Assembly: GCA_030141605.1 (NCBI GenBank)
Contig: JAQGDQ010000806.1
Span: 1 to 64,000 of the forward strand
Direction of reading: 5' to 3'
Length of the DNA: 64,000 nt
DNA from: Tubiluchus corallicola
Taxonomy: Eukaryota; Animalia; Priapulida
Shown: positions 1-63,334 of the stretch, piece by piece
Numbering within the stretch: the stretch's first letter is position 1
Layout of the letters: each line of letters begins with the position of its first letter
Program-made: the position numbers and the translations under genes
The notes under the pieces: model-generated
Databases searched by the model: none
Told to the model about the DNA's origin: nothing
Seen by the model: the letters and a program-made list of their open reading frames with translations, nothing else

Positions 1-500
1 ACAAAAACATGTAGATGAACTGGCACTTAGTAAAGAAACGTATTGTTAGTCAGTATCCGCTGAGATACAAAAACATGTAGATGAACTGGCACTTAGTAAA
101 GAAACGTATTGTTAGTCAGTATCCGCTGAGATACAAAAACATGTAGATGAACTGGCACTTAGTAAAGAAACGTATTGTTAGTCAGTATCCGCTGAGATAC
201 AAAAACATGTAGATGAACTGGCACTTAGTAAAGAAACGTATTGTTAGTCAGTATCCGCTGAGATACAAAAACATGTAGATGAACTGGCACTTAGTAAAGA
301 AACGTATTGTTAGTCAGTATCCGCTGAGATACAAAAACATGTAGATGAACTGGCACTTAGTAAAGAAACGCATTGTTAGTCAGTATCCGCTGAGATACAA
401 AAACATGTAGATGAACTGGCACTTAGTAAAGAAACGTATTGTTAGTCAGTATCCGCTGAGATACAAAAACATGTAGATGAACTGGCACTTAGTAAAGAAA
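1..500. repeat. 66-bp minisatellite, ~7.6 near-identical copies, runs off the window start
   Basis: Unit ACAAAAACATGTAGATGAACTGGCACTTAGTAAAGAAACGTATTGTTAGTCAGTATCCGCTGAGAT at 1, 67, 133, 199, 265, 331, 397, 463; a stop in all six frames. Confidence 0.97.
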
Positions 501-1185
501 GATTAAGTGAAATGGTTAAAGAATTGTCCAGTCAGAACAGGACAGCATGTTCCTCAAAATCTCTACGAAAATTGTTGCATTTTGAAGAGTTTTGAAGAAA
601 TTTAATGTCATTACCATCAGATATTAGTGTGAAAGTCATTATTTTCCTACAGTAGACCAGAAAAAGCTACTCAGAGTCACATTACAAGAAAACTTAAAGT
701 AGCATATTCATATTGAAAGTTTAATCTCAAAAGTTGTCAGTCGATTCTTCATTCTAAGACTTATGAGACTTTCAGGGAGAAGAATGTAGGCCACACTAGT
801 TAAAGCATATACCACAAACAATCGTCCCATTTTAGAAATCACGGTTGTTGTCTGGCACATCATTCTGTCTGATCTAACAGCTGCATATGTGAATTTCAAC
901 CACCTTGTGATGGTCAATAAAGCCAAACTTTTAGTTGCTGGGTCTGGCCTGTTTCCTAATTCTACTAATGAGCCATTGCTTTATGAAACACGAAAGCAAA
1001 TTTAGTAAATTAAAGTTTCCACTCATAATGCAACTACTTAATTGTTCACTTCAAATACTGCTTTGCTTATCGTCGTAATCACTACTGTTTTAGCAAGGTT
1101 ATTTGTATCTTGTTTAATACCTGCACTGATTGTTTAATTCGGGTTAGCTAGCTGGGTGAACAACTGGTGCACTACTGTATTACTA

Positions 1186-51997
<50,812 letters not shown>

Positions 51998-52265
51998 CTA
52001 AAGTGTTCAAAATATACATCAGTGAAGTTTTTAAATCGATTTTCTATATGATAATATTAATATTAAATATCATAACACAAGTAAAAAGTAACAGGTTGCA
52101 AAAGCTTATAATATTGTGGTGTTTTACACCTGCTCACCTCCTCTCGCCTTAATTGTTCTGAAGAAGGACAGCTATTTTACCTTCGACAACAGTAAATTAG
52201 CTAATAAATGCCCTAAGAATGGGATCAGCGGCGATTATAATGATTGCGCGCACTTGCACGAACAG

Positions 52266-52656
52266 TGTGAAAAATGTCTAAAGGTAAAATAGCTAAGACA
52301 TCAGTATATTGCAGAACACAGGTGAGTTTATTTATACAAATCAGTTAGTCATACAAATTATCCACAGCACATGTTGATTCTATGCTCTCTGACAGCCAAC
52401 TGCCCAGGTAAGTTTTCTATGAAGCAAGGAAGCCAGCAATTCTATGAAGGGTAAATGTTATGCATACTACATAGTTCAAGGATAAAAGTTTAGACTGTAT
52501 ATTAAGAAATAGACTTATTTTACAGCTGAAATTTCTTGTGTGGGATTTTTAATGTTTTAACCAGAGACTACAATAATATGACATAATGAACAAAAATAAT
52601 GACATATGACATAATAATAAAAAATAATGACATATGACATCGTGAACTTCACGACA
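52266..52656 (-). repeat. 3' LTR (391 bp)
   Basis: TGTGAAAAA...CTTCACGACA; direct repeat of 55760-56134; preceded on the minus strand by TGGTCGGAG. Confidence 0.85.
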
Positions 52657-53070
52657 CTCCGACCAGGAAGTTGGAAATAACAAACTATTTGATACTTTAA
52701 CCTTTTAAGTCATTTAACTTTTACAAGAAATAAATTTGTTACATTTCTTAATCATTTTAAGAATAACATCTAACATCTTAAGTACGAGATGGCGCCACCA
52801 ACCAGTTTGGGCGCCGTGGATAAATACGAATCACACCATTGCAAAACGGAGTATTTGGGCTATGTACAAAGAGGGTAAGTTTTTTTTAATCTAATTTAAT
52901 AGTGGCATTAAATTTCAAAGTAATTTTGTATATAATTATCACGCTACATTCGTAACAAGTTTCATTACACACAACTTAACGATAAACTTAATATTTCTCT
53001 ATTGAGTTTCACTACAAATAACATTCAATCTCTAGATTACAAAATCATCATGACGATTTGAGTACAAAGT

Positions 53071-53152
53071 ATCGATTTAGGATACAAATTCGTAACAAAG
53101 GGCATCGATTTAGGATGCAAATTCGTAACAAAAGGCATCGATTTAGGATGCA
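53071..53152. repeat. 33-bp tandem repeat, ~2.5 copies, in the retroelement 3' UTR
   Basis: ATCGATTTAGGATRCAAATTCGTAACAAARGGC at 53071, 53104, 53137. Confidence 0.85.
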
Positions 53153-53601
53153 CACGATTTACCAATCGTTAGATTTAAATTACAAGTGGATTGCTAACCG
53201 AGGACATGCACAAGTACTATTACTATTAGCAAGTATAATAAGCAATGACATCCAGCATTGGTTACTCTTTGTGTTTATGATAAAGTTTGTACAGCATTTG
53301 CTTGGTTCGCCTGTAGGTTATGCTGTACATGGTCTATCACACAATTAGACACAATTTATCAATAACATTTCTATCATTACTTTTTTTCAGGTTTATAACA
53401 AAGAGCACGTTTTGTGCACAAGGTAAGTATAAGGTAACTCAGGTAAGTAATATTTTAACAACTTAATAAGCAGCTATTCAAACAGTGTTAACAATAACAG
53501 CAACAAGTTATTCAAATGATGTTAACAACAATAGCAATACTAAACAATGCAAAACTTATTTACAAAATCTTTAATGTTTCTAATTTTACAGGTAGATTTG
53601 A

Positions 53602-53853
53602 TTAAGGTGGATCTTGGGTTTCAATAGAAACAATTCGATACAAGTGGAAAGTTTTCCGACATTTGCAGGATCCACGTGGTAAGTTTGAATTAGAAATCAG
53701 AATTACATCATTATCGTTTGACGGAATAATTACAACATTTTTCATAGAGTTTGGCTTTCTGATTTCTGTATATGCATACTGTGTCAAAGATAGCCACATG
53801 ATTTTAAATGGAAATTTAATTCCATACATGAAAACTTTTATGGCTCTAAACAT
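53602..53853 (-). pseudogene. Relic of BEL/Pao pol C-terminus (after the integrase, DUF5641-like)
   Basis: QYAYTEIR...NDVILISNSNLPRGSCK...RKTFHLY resembles YL..LRE...GDVVLI.D...PR..WK...RP...LYPLE. Confidence 0.55.
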
Positions 53854-54136
53854 GAATGCAATGAAGTGTGCCGAAATTCTTCATTTTATACAAGTTTATA
53901 GAACCAAGGAAATTATGCTAGGACTTTATTTGAAAGGAAAAAAATCAGTTTGATATCTACAAAGCTACAAACCAGGTGATACAGTTGCTCTGCTTGGAAA
54001 AGAAGTCAGTTTGCTTGGTATAAGGCTGCAAACCAAGTGATACAGTTACTCTGTTCCTGTTTATACTGAGTGCTAAATATATGGACAGTATTGGTGCTTC
54101 TAATTTGGAATCCAGACGACTGCAAGTTAACCTTGT

Positions 54137-54970
54137 TTGAGTATGGCCACCACAACAACCACAAGCGACAAGACTATTCTTTATACGCCGCCGTGGGAGG
54201 GTGAACCTAAAGGTCATGACATAAGGACTGGACAATTATTCCAGCCAATACAACCAAACAAGGACTCATCAAAGCAAGGAGTGACCATTATGGACCATGG
54301 TTCTAAGGACTCAGACGACGAGGAACCGGACTATGAGCAGCAACTACATATTCCAGCTACCCCAGCACATGGAGCCACCCCAACAGCTGCAACTGGAACA
54401 ATTCCGAAGGTGGTTCCAGACAAAGATCCATTGCATGGACACCAGCTGGAGGTGAAGATACTGATCCAGAACCTGAAAATAAACTCACAGCACTATGGTG
54501 AGGTGTTTTTCACATGTACTACATTGTTAGACTTAGAATTTGACAAATGTATTGCTAATTATCAAAACTTTGTTGACAGATGTAATGCTTCAATTACTGA
54601 TTTGAGATTTTCAACTGAAATGCTCACAGAGTTGTATGACAAGCTATCATATATTTATTGTAGTTCAGATGATAGTTCCCATTTAGATGAAGTTAAAGAA
54701 TTTCTTGCTTCAAAAATTACATTGAACAGAAATTTGTCTGAACTTAGTTCTAAGATTGAAGCCAGAATTAGGTCATTAGAAACCTGTCACTTGAAGGTCA
54801 GTGAACCTGTACCTGTAGTATCAAGCACACCTGTTTCTGCTGTGCCTAATATGACATCACAGCTAAATGCTGTGAACGTTAGTCATGCAAGCACTGTGTA
54901 TAATGTAATTTTTGAAGCAAGAAATTCTTTAACTTCATCTAAATGGGAACTATCATCTGAACTACAATAA
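54137..54970 (+). CDS. Truncated gag-like ORF, inverted copy
   Basis: 277-aa ORF starting ~270 nt after the partial PBS copy; reads through the spacer and stops inside the opposite arm. Confidence 0.6.
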   Translation: MSMATTTTTSDKTILYTPPWEGEPKGHDIRTGQLFQPIQPNKDSSKQGVTIMDHGSKDSDDEEPDYEQQLHIPATPAHGATPTAATGTIPKVVPDKDPLHGHQLEVKILIQNLKINSQHYGEVFFTCTTLLDLEFDKCIANYQNFVDRCNASITDLRFSTEMLTELYDKLSYIYCSSDDSSHLDEVKEFLASKITLNRNLSELSSKIEARIRSLETCHLKVSEPVPVVSSTPVSAVPNMTSQLNAVNVSHASTVYNVIFEARNSLTSSKWELSSELQ

Positions 54971-55488
54971 ATATATGATAGCTTGTCATACAACTCTGTG
55001 AGCATTTCAGTTGAAAATCTCAAATCAGTAATTGAAGCATTACATCTGTCAACAAAGTTTTGATAATTAGCAATACATTTGTCAAATTCTAAGTCTAACA
55101 ATGTAGTACATGTGAAAATCACCTCACCATAAAGCTGTGAGTTTATTTTCAGGTTCTGGATGAGTATCTTCACCTCCAGCTGGTGTCCATGCAATGGATC
55201 TTTGTCTGGAACCATCTTCGGAATTGCTCCAGTTGCAGCTGTTGGGGTGGCTCCATGTGCTGGGGTAGCTGGAATATGTAGTTGCTGCTCATAGTCCGGT
55301 TCCTCGTCGTCTGAGTCCTTAGAACCATGGTCCATAATGGTCACTCCTTGCTTTGATGAGTCCTTGTTTGGTTGTATTGGCTGGAATAATTGTCCAGTCC
55401 TTATGTCATGACCTTTAGGTTCACCCTCCCACGGCGGCGTATAAAGAATAGTCTTGTCGCTTGTGGTTGTTGTGGTGGCCATACTCAA
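54883..55488 (-). CDS. Truncated gag-like ORF, sense to the LTRs
   Basis: 201-aa ORF downstream of the 5' LTR and PBS; near-identical to 54137-54723; truncated at the inversion junction. Confidence 0.6.
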   Translation of the reverse strand: MSMATTTTTSDKTILYTPPWEGEPKGHDIRTGQLFQPIQPNKDSSKQGVTIMDHGSKDSDDEEPDYEQQLHIPATPAHGATPTAATGAIPKMVPDKDPLHGHQLEVKILIQNLKINSQLYGEVIFTCTTLLDLEFDKCIANYQNFVDRCNASITDLRFSTEMLTELYDKLSYIYCSSDDSSHLDEVKEFLASKITLYTVLA

Positions 55489-55748
55489 ACAAGGTTAACT
55501 TGCAGTCGTCTGGATTCCAAATTAGAAGCACCAATACTGTCCATATATTTAGCACTCAGTATGAACAGGAACAGAGTCACTGTATCACTTGGTTTGCAGC
55601 CTTGTACTAAGCAAACTGATTTCTTTTCCAAGCAGAGCAACTGTATCACCTGGTTTGTAGCTTCGTAGATATCAAACTGATTTTTTTTCTTTCAAATAAA
55701 GTCCTAGCATAATTTCCTTGGTTCTATAAACTTGTATAAAATGAAGAA

Positions 55749-55759
55749 TTTCGGCACCA
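55749..55759 (-). promoter_or_regulatory. Primer binding site, tRNA-Phe type
   Basis: TGGTGCCGAAA directly after the LTR-terminal CA; complementary to the eukaryotic tRNA-Phe 3' end (UUUCGGCACCA). Confidence 0.8.
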
Positions 55760-56134
55760 TGTGAAATAATTCTGAAGGTAAAATAGCTAAGACATCAGTA
55801 TATTGCAGAACACAGGTGAGTTTATTTATAAAAAATCAGTAACAGCACATGTTGATTCATTGCTCTCTGACAGCCAACTGCCCAGGTAAGTTTTCTATGA
55901 AGCAAGGAAGCCAGCAATTCTATGAAGGGTAAATGTTATGCATACTACATAGTTCAAGGATAAAAGTTTAGACTGTATATGAAGAAATAAACTTATTTTA
56001 CAGCTGAAATTTCTTGTGTGGGATTTTTAATGTTTTAACCAGAGACTACAATAATATGACATAATGAACAAAAATAATGACATATGACATAATAATAAAA
56101 AATAATGACATATGACATCGTGAACTTCACGACA
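55760..56134 (-). repeat. 5' LTR (375 bp)
   Basis: Direct repeat of 52266-52656 with a ~16-bp indel and scattered substitutions. Confidence 0.85.
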
Positions 56135-56262
56135 GCGTAGGTGACCACCGCTAAAAACTTTTATAGTGTAGTACATCACACTTTTCGGCGTTACTAAGAT
56201 AAAAATTTTCATCTTTTTTTCAAAATTCTGACCTGATTTTTCTTATTTGAAAAAACTATTTG

Positions 56263-56304
56263 TGAGAGAGAGAGGAAGAGAGAAAGAGAGAGAGAGAGAG
56301 AGAT

Positions 56305-56371
<67 letters not shown>

Positions 56372-56377
56372 AAGAGA
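56263..56377. repeat. (GA)n microsatellite
   Basis: Seen directly. Confidence 0.95.
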
Positions 56378-57639
56378 CGTTATCATCATTGTTTCTACCA
56401 TTCATTACATCACTATGCACAAATTTGGGCACAGTAATTCCTATGAATAAGGTGGACGATTATTTATTATTGGTGACATATTTAGAGTGCATAGAAACTG
56501 GCTGGCGGCCACTTGTCAAAGGGGGAGTGGCAGGGAGTGTCAGACAGTTTTTCCTTTTGGTCGCATCTCCTCCAATGGCATTCGTTTTTTTTCTATATTT
56601 ATAAGCATTTGGGCACTGTAGGGTAGATATACATGCTGTGTTTTAAAACACATGCTGTAAAGGAGAGTTTGCCAGTTTGCCTGCACACCTGATATGTTTA
56701 AACTATTGTGTTAATGTCTTGCAATTTGGTTTAAAAAGTCATGTGACACTTCATCCATTAATTTTTGGGAAATCATACCTCAGCTTTCTTTTCAGTTCCC
56801 TACCTCAGCTACTTTTGTACATAAACGTTTCTTACTGTTTCTTTCTCAAAATTTTCGGTTTTATTTCCTCACGATTTCTAAAATTTACGGTTTCCTGGTG
56901 ATATTCTGCTCTCAGTTGGATCTATCAGGCAAAATAATTGCAAAACTTGACAAAATATATCCGTTTTCTGACTCTTTTAAATTTTTGTGTTTGATTAGTT
57001 TCATAATTAATTTTTGTAATTTGTTACATGCCTTTTATAAAGGTATCGATCTAGTATCGTCTCATTAATGGTTTACATTAATGCTCACGCACAGCTGGAG
57101 GAACAGTAGCAAAAAAAACTCAAGAATGGCCTTTTAGCTCCATTTTTTGCGAAATTGATATCTCTTATTTCTAGAGAAAGGAAACGGCCGTGAAACGGGG
57201 CTGGTAACGGATTCATAGCCCTTCCAACGGTGGGTATATTCCTGGGAATGCCGTGTGACCGTTTAGTTGGTTTTTTTCTCGGACCCAGCTTTGGAAATAA
57301 GATCAATAGCTCTTTGAGAAGAAGAGGAAACGGACTTTTCATAGACTGAAAAAGCCAGTGTTCTGACGACATTCCATGTCTGCCTATAATTTTACTTCAA
57401 TAGAAGCTGCTCCTAGCTCTTATAATGAAGTATTACAATGGTAGTCCATTACAATCAAAAGGAACAGTTTACAAAAACGTAGAATACCCATTCATTATAT
57501 TGATCATTGGCGATTGGCTCTAATAGAATTTGCCATGTCAAACAGTTTTAACCTTCGCAATACTGTTGTGCTGCCCGCGTTGGTATTGTAGGTGTCACCG
57601 TTGTATTTGTTACAACCAAAATCACCGTCGTCATCATCA

Positions 57640-57965
57640 TGATCATGACATTGGTTTGGTGTGGTGCTTTATGATGTAGTGGATGCAGTGAGCACGCTGT
57701 AGATGGTGTGGCATGTTAGGTGTCAAGTGGTGAATTGTGTGTAGGTGGCATTCTGTGCTGCAGGTGGTGCTGTGTGTGTGTTATGGCGTGATGGGGTTGT
57801 GTGGTGGGTATGACATAGTAAGGCGTGTTGAATGTTGAATGGCATGGTGCATGTGGTGTGATGGGTTCACCATGGTGCTGCAGGCATTGTGTAGGTGGTA
57901 TGGTGCGGGTGGTGTGTTGGGTATATATGTTATGTGTGGTGTGACACAGTGTAATGTTGTGTCTT
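57640..57965. repeat. Degenerate TG/GGT-rich low-complexity tract
   Basis: GTG/TGT-rich; similar tract at 59865-60245. Confidence 0.75.
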
Positions 57966-59864
57966 TTTAGGTTTATGTGCAGGGTATTTTTGTAGGGTTT
58001 GGCTAGTAACTGTAATTGTGACTATTGCATTGTAGCTTGTCCACACTGCTTAAAACTTTACGATTGTTTCTCTTCGACCTGAGAATGCTCATTTTGTGAA
58101 CGCTATGATTACCTGATTTAATTATTTTGAGCATGATTTGTGCATGTTAATTGTTTAAAGATGGGATAATAATCTTTTCTGCTGAGATGATTTTGCGAAT
58201 GACAAATGATGGACTCATTAAAACTGAAATTGTTACTTTCTCATTTTTTAAATTTGCTCAAAATGAATTCAGACAAACCCATTCAGACGAACCATTTTAG
58301 ACCTCATATTTTTCACCTATGTAGTGAAATCTAGGCCGCTGCCCCCTCTTGAAATGATGAGAATCATTCGAGAACTGAATGCACTGGGAAACTAGCCTGT
58401 ACATTCAGGACGTTACAACGTTCTTCTAAGACAACTGCCTGGTTACCTAAAGCTTTATTGTAATTTTATTAACTAGACTAAACTAAAGCAGAAACAAATG
58501 TGAAGTACATAAGTTTGTGATTTGGTCACACGCAAACAACTGGTCCAGTAATTACCACTGGATTCTGCTTGAGTTCAGTTTTTAGCAGTTCTACAACAAT
58601 CTTTGGCAATAGTTTTCATTACATACTTAAAATAAGATGCTGTGTGACCAAAGAGCTGTACCTCTTAGTTCTAAAGATCGAGAATGGGCCGAAAGTTGCT
58701 GCTGGTAATGGTTGGAGAGTCCTTTCAATGGTTGATGTAGACGGCATATTAAAATCTGCAGGGCACGTTGGGGAAAAAACAAGTGCATGCCCGGAAAGAG
58801 TGTGAGACGTTATATCAGATGTGGAGGTATCATTGAGAGCGAGGTCCACTAAACGAAACGAAAGGGTGGCATTTCAACCACCCCTTAGTTGCACAGCAAT
58901 TTGTAACATCTATTATTTTTGAGTTTGGTCAATTTTGAGGCTGTTACAGGCATTTTCGTCATCCGCCATTGCACTATCGTTTGTTACATGCAAATTATAT
59001 GTGTTTGCATATAACCAAAAGAGAAACATTAAGCAAAACCATGTAGAATGCCTGTGCATTATTGATCATTGATGAACAGTCTAAAAGCATTTATTGCGCC
59101 ATACAGTTTCAACCTCGTACAAAATGTTTTGCATGTTCTCACAGTGATACTCTGCTGTTGGTGTCATACTGTAACGCGGCTAGGGGTTCACGTAACAGAA
59201 AGGTGTGCAAATAATCGTACTTTGCACCAATGGCTTGGGTTCATCTGACTGTTAAGCCTAAGGCACACTTCAGCACAAATTAGTTTATAGCAGGAAAACT
59301 GACATTGGAGAAATGTTGGTTTTGATAGACAATTTTGAATTATTTATTTAATTGCTTTATTATGGTTCAGGGCTTATAATTAGCAGCTCTTGAGATAACA
59401 GAGCTTGTTAGCAACTCTTGTGTCAGCAGAGTTTGTTAGAAGCTCTTGAGATAGCAGAGCTTGTTAGCAGGCCTTGTCAGCAGCGAGTGTCTCTTCCTCT
59501 GGATCTGTCTTCCTTCAATACTACTCTGGACAGATGACATGACCAACCTACACACTGCTGATTGGTTATTGTCCTGTTAACACGGGCGGATCACGTGCAT
59601 AGACCTTAATAGGCAGTATACTGAATCATGCGCTCAGCACTGTATGCTCTTGATTGGTTGTTGGCGTAGTTGTTTTCACATCCGGGTCCTTCTCATGAAA
59701 ACTTCCATTGATGCACGTGTGTTTACCTCGCCAGTAAAGCTTAGTGTAATTATTGTCATTAATTAGTTTAATTTAATGTTTTTTTTTATTATAGGCACTG
59801 CATACCTATGCCACAACATTAACATCGTCATTAACACTGTGATCACCACTGTGATCCACAAGAA

Positions 59865-60245
59865 TTGATGTGGCTTGGTGTAATGTGATCTGGCTGGTGT
59901 GGTTTTGATGGTGTGGTGTGGGTGACATAGTGTGAATAATGTGGTGGGGTGTGTGTTGTGTGGTGTAGAGTGGTGTGGTGTGTTGTGAGTCGGACCTTGG
60001 GTAGTTGTGTAGTGTGGTGTGGTATTGATGATGTAGTGTGGATAATGTGGAGGGGTGTAGGTGGTTTGGTGTAGAGTGATGAGTTGTAGGTGGTGTGCAA
60101 TGGTGTGAATGGCAAGGTGTTGTGTTGCAGTATTGTGTGGGAGGTGTGGGGCAGTGTGGGTGGTGTGTTGTGAGTTTCGCGGTGGGTTGGTGTGATGTGA
60201 ATGTTGTGTTGTGAGTGGGGTGGTTGGTGGTTGTGTGGTGTGGCG
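59865..60245. repeat. Degenerate TG/GGT-rich low-complexity tract
   Basis: GTGGT/GTGTG-rich; produces spurious His/Thr/Pro ORFs on the minus strand. Confidence 0.8.
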
Positions 60246-60464
60246 TACTGCCTCCCCCTCCCCAATTACAGTGTATCGAAAAAATTCAAATTTATTTAAA
60301 AACCGGGGTTTGGTGGCATTAATTTTCATTGCTGAAATTACTAAAACAGTTAGAATTTTTCATTAGAACCAGTGCCCAGTTTCATATAGCCGTCACTAAA
60401 TTTACAGTGTCTTTATTAAAAATATTTAAGTGAATGTAATCACGATGCCTTTGCTGTTATTTCT

Positions 60465-60955
60465 CCATATTCATTTTGCCTTGTATACATACACCGGATG
60501 TTGAAAACAGTTTATCCAGACATGTGGGTCTGTGTTGAGCATGTCAGAGATGGGGTACACTCGTATACATGCTAGAGCATTGAGTGTACCGATGCGTGCA
60601 TGGAAGAAACGTCGCACATGAGAGCTCATGTGTAAGAGCGATTGACAGCGCTTGGATGCAGCATGTATGTCTAGCAATGGCGCATGCTTCCGGTAACATC
60701 AGACAGCCATCTAGTGTACAAAACATCAACTAATGCAATATATTACCATGAAATGTCCTCAACAAGACAAAAACTTAGCCAATTTGAAATTGTACGCAAT
60801 AAATTTTTATATGATTAATGACGCAACAAATTAACACAACAAATTATGACACAACAAATTAATACTTTAAAGACTTTGTCTACAACGCAAAATCAGGCAA
60901 AAATTTTAGCCTTACAGTAAGAAAATTGGGTCAGATCTACTCCTGGGTCAGACTG
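60465..60955. repeat. Dispersed repeat, copy 1 (copy 2 at ~63335-63853)
   Basis: Colinear similarity, e.g. GTCGCACATGAGAGCTCATGTGTAAGAG and GATCTACTCCTGGGTCAGACT in both. Confidence 0.85.
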
Positions 60956-63334
60956 AATTAAGAGTAAATGACACAAACCCTTTCTGTGCCTAAACGAATG
61001 TTAAAAAAATGATATAATAAAATAATCGCTGGTTAGTGAGAGCAGCTTTTCCTGCACCCAGGCAAAATGAAGCAAACACATTCGGTCCTGAAGGAGTTAA
61101 TGATTGACGTATGAAACAAAACTCTCATTATTTATTTATTACTATCAATAACCACCACGTAACAAAGAAATACTTGCACTTGTGTAAGAAACTTCTGTCA
61201 CAAGTTATGAGCACTTGGATTATGTCTGCTACGCAGTCACGTTAACCTGACTTTGTTTTTGTTTTACAATAACAACAGTAACAACAATAACAACGACAAT
61301 GACAACCACAATATCAGGAACTTTGTATGATAAAAATGGCACAGGAAGAAATGGCACATAATGTTTCATGCAATTGATTTTTATAGTAAAACTAGAACAT
61401 ATAGGATGCAGATCTCTGCCAAAGCTGAACAATTCTAAAATTTTTCTTCTGATTCTTTTGGCTAAAAAAATTACCAAAGATAAACAAGCAAACATGCACA
61501 TGTGTATCTGTATTGGTATGATATAGGCTAGAAAAAAGAACAAAATATTTGTTCAGTAATATATTTATAATCAATAATGCACGAATGTTTTGAATAGTTT
61601 ATCTACCTTTTATTTATTCATTTTGGCGACGGTAATAGACTGAGAAATATACAAGCAAAGATCATAATCAGCGTTACACAGTTTTGCGAGAAAATCTGGA
61701 AATGGAATATTGAAATATGTGTGCTAAACTTTACCCCAGAGACCTTGACGAAGTACTTCAGGGGTGTTTTCATACACGCCAACCTTTGCGAAAGGATAAC
61801 TGGCTAAAAATTTTGGCCTCCTCTATTCACCTTTATTCATCCATCTTTATTCACGTAGATTCTTAGAAATGTATTAGATAGTGTTTGCATGTTTGCAGGC
61901 TTACTGCTCACTGCCTAAAAATTCAAGCTTTGAAATTCAAGTGTGTAAATACTCTGCTATTTTGCTTAAATCTTTTCAGGTGTGGAATGCAGGCTTTGAA
62001 GTTTAAGCATGTAACCACTCTGCTTTATTTTCTTAAATCTTTCCCAAGAGCGTAATGCAGTCTTTGAAATCTATCTGCTTTATTTTCTTAACTCTTTTGG
62101 TCGGATCTTTCTCTAGGCTCCTAAGCTGATTTATTGACACAAGATATTTTTAAGTAAATTTCAGAGATTTCTTACATCGCAACACAAACAAAACAAAAAA
62201 ATGTTTATAGGCCTCTGATTCAAAAGCTCTTTCTTTTTGCAGGGGTAGCAGTTGTTGAGTGGTTGATTTGCTCAAGAATGTAATAATTTGAAAAAAGTTT
62301 TTGTTCACTGCAAGTTTACAGGAAACTATTAATCCTTTAATCAAGGCAGATAGGGTTTGAAATGCGTTGAAATAATATACAAAAAATTTCTCCCCCAGAA
62401 TTTTCAATAATATCTGGTTAACACAGTTTCATATGTAACAGTATCAGCAGATTTGGCAAAATGTTAATTTTTCACTGGAAAAAAATGTTCCAAAATCTTT
62501 CTCAGTTCTAGGGAATTCGGTTTATTCAATTTTCCTTACTTAACACTTTCCCTGGAGTAATTCCCAGGTGTTCGGGGAGGGTAATTTACACAGGATGTTA
62601 AAATGTGGGAAAACATTTTTCTTTGCATCAGAACCACTCTCAGCAATTATCATAGTTCAAAATCAACAACAGAATCTTAGAATTCCACATGTAAAGAGCC
62701 TTTTGTTCAGGTGGCTGAGCACTTAAAATGTTCTCCGTCTTATAAAGAGCCTTTTGTTCAGGTGGCTGAGCGCTTAAAACTTTCTCCGTCTTATCCAAAC
62801 AGCAATTATTGTTAGGCGGTCTCACCCTTTATTATCACAAGAAAAGCTTTTAGCCCAATATTTGCTATACAAACAGTTTGAAAAGCTTTCAAATCTAAAA
62901 AGACATTCCTTTCAATCTTAACAAAACATGTTTCCCAGGGGGATATATTATGACAAGCATTACTTCCAACAGAAATAATAGGACACACCTGCGCTTTGAT
63001 AACAAAGCTTTATTTCCAGCTCTCAAAGGAAACTACATTTAAGCTTCTGTCACTAATTAACAATAATGGAAAAGTTAAGAGGTTTACTTGATAAGTAGCA
63101 AGAGAGGAAGTAATGCACTACAGATACTTGCAGCTAAATGGATGGGTGGTTGCTGTGACAATTTCATCTATTATGTTATTTTTTACAGTACATAGAAACA
63201 TGGAAACAGAGAATAAGGCAGTTCTACCAGCTCAGGTTCTATGAAAATGTCTGCAAAAATTATTCCCATCATTGGGGTTTTAAGTAATACCTTTGTACCA
63301 AAACAGCGAACATTAGTATGAAAACGGATATTTC

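Larger units (their letters stand above)
53868..55757. repeat. Long inverted repeat: 856-bp arms (53868-54723 and 54902-55757) with a 178-bp spacer
   Basis: Arms are reverse complements, roughly 98% identical by eye; mirrored ORFs appear in the ORF track. Confidence 0.97.
52266..56134 (-). mobile_element. Internally deleted and rearranged LTR retrotransposon, BEL/Pao-like
   Basis: Direct LTRs with TG..CA ends, a tRNA-Phe-type PBS, a short purine-rich tract before the 3' LTR, a gag-like 5' ORF and a pol C-terminal relic. Confidence 0.85.

Noticed and set aside
53957-55668. Mirror 92-aa ORFs MSSPYVMTFRF...
   Set aside because: Antisense shadows of the gag-like ORF, duplicated by the inversion
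59763-60329. 188-aa and 140-aa His/Thr/Pro-rich ORFs (mucin-like first exon?)
   Set aside because: Overlapping frames are both open because the CA-rich low-complexity strand lacks stops; no convincing splice sites or signal peptide
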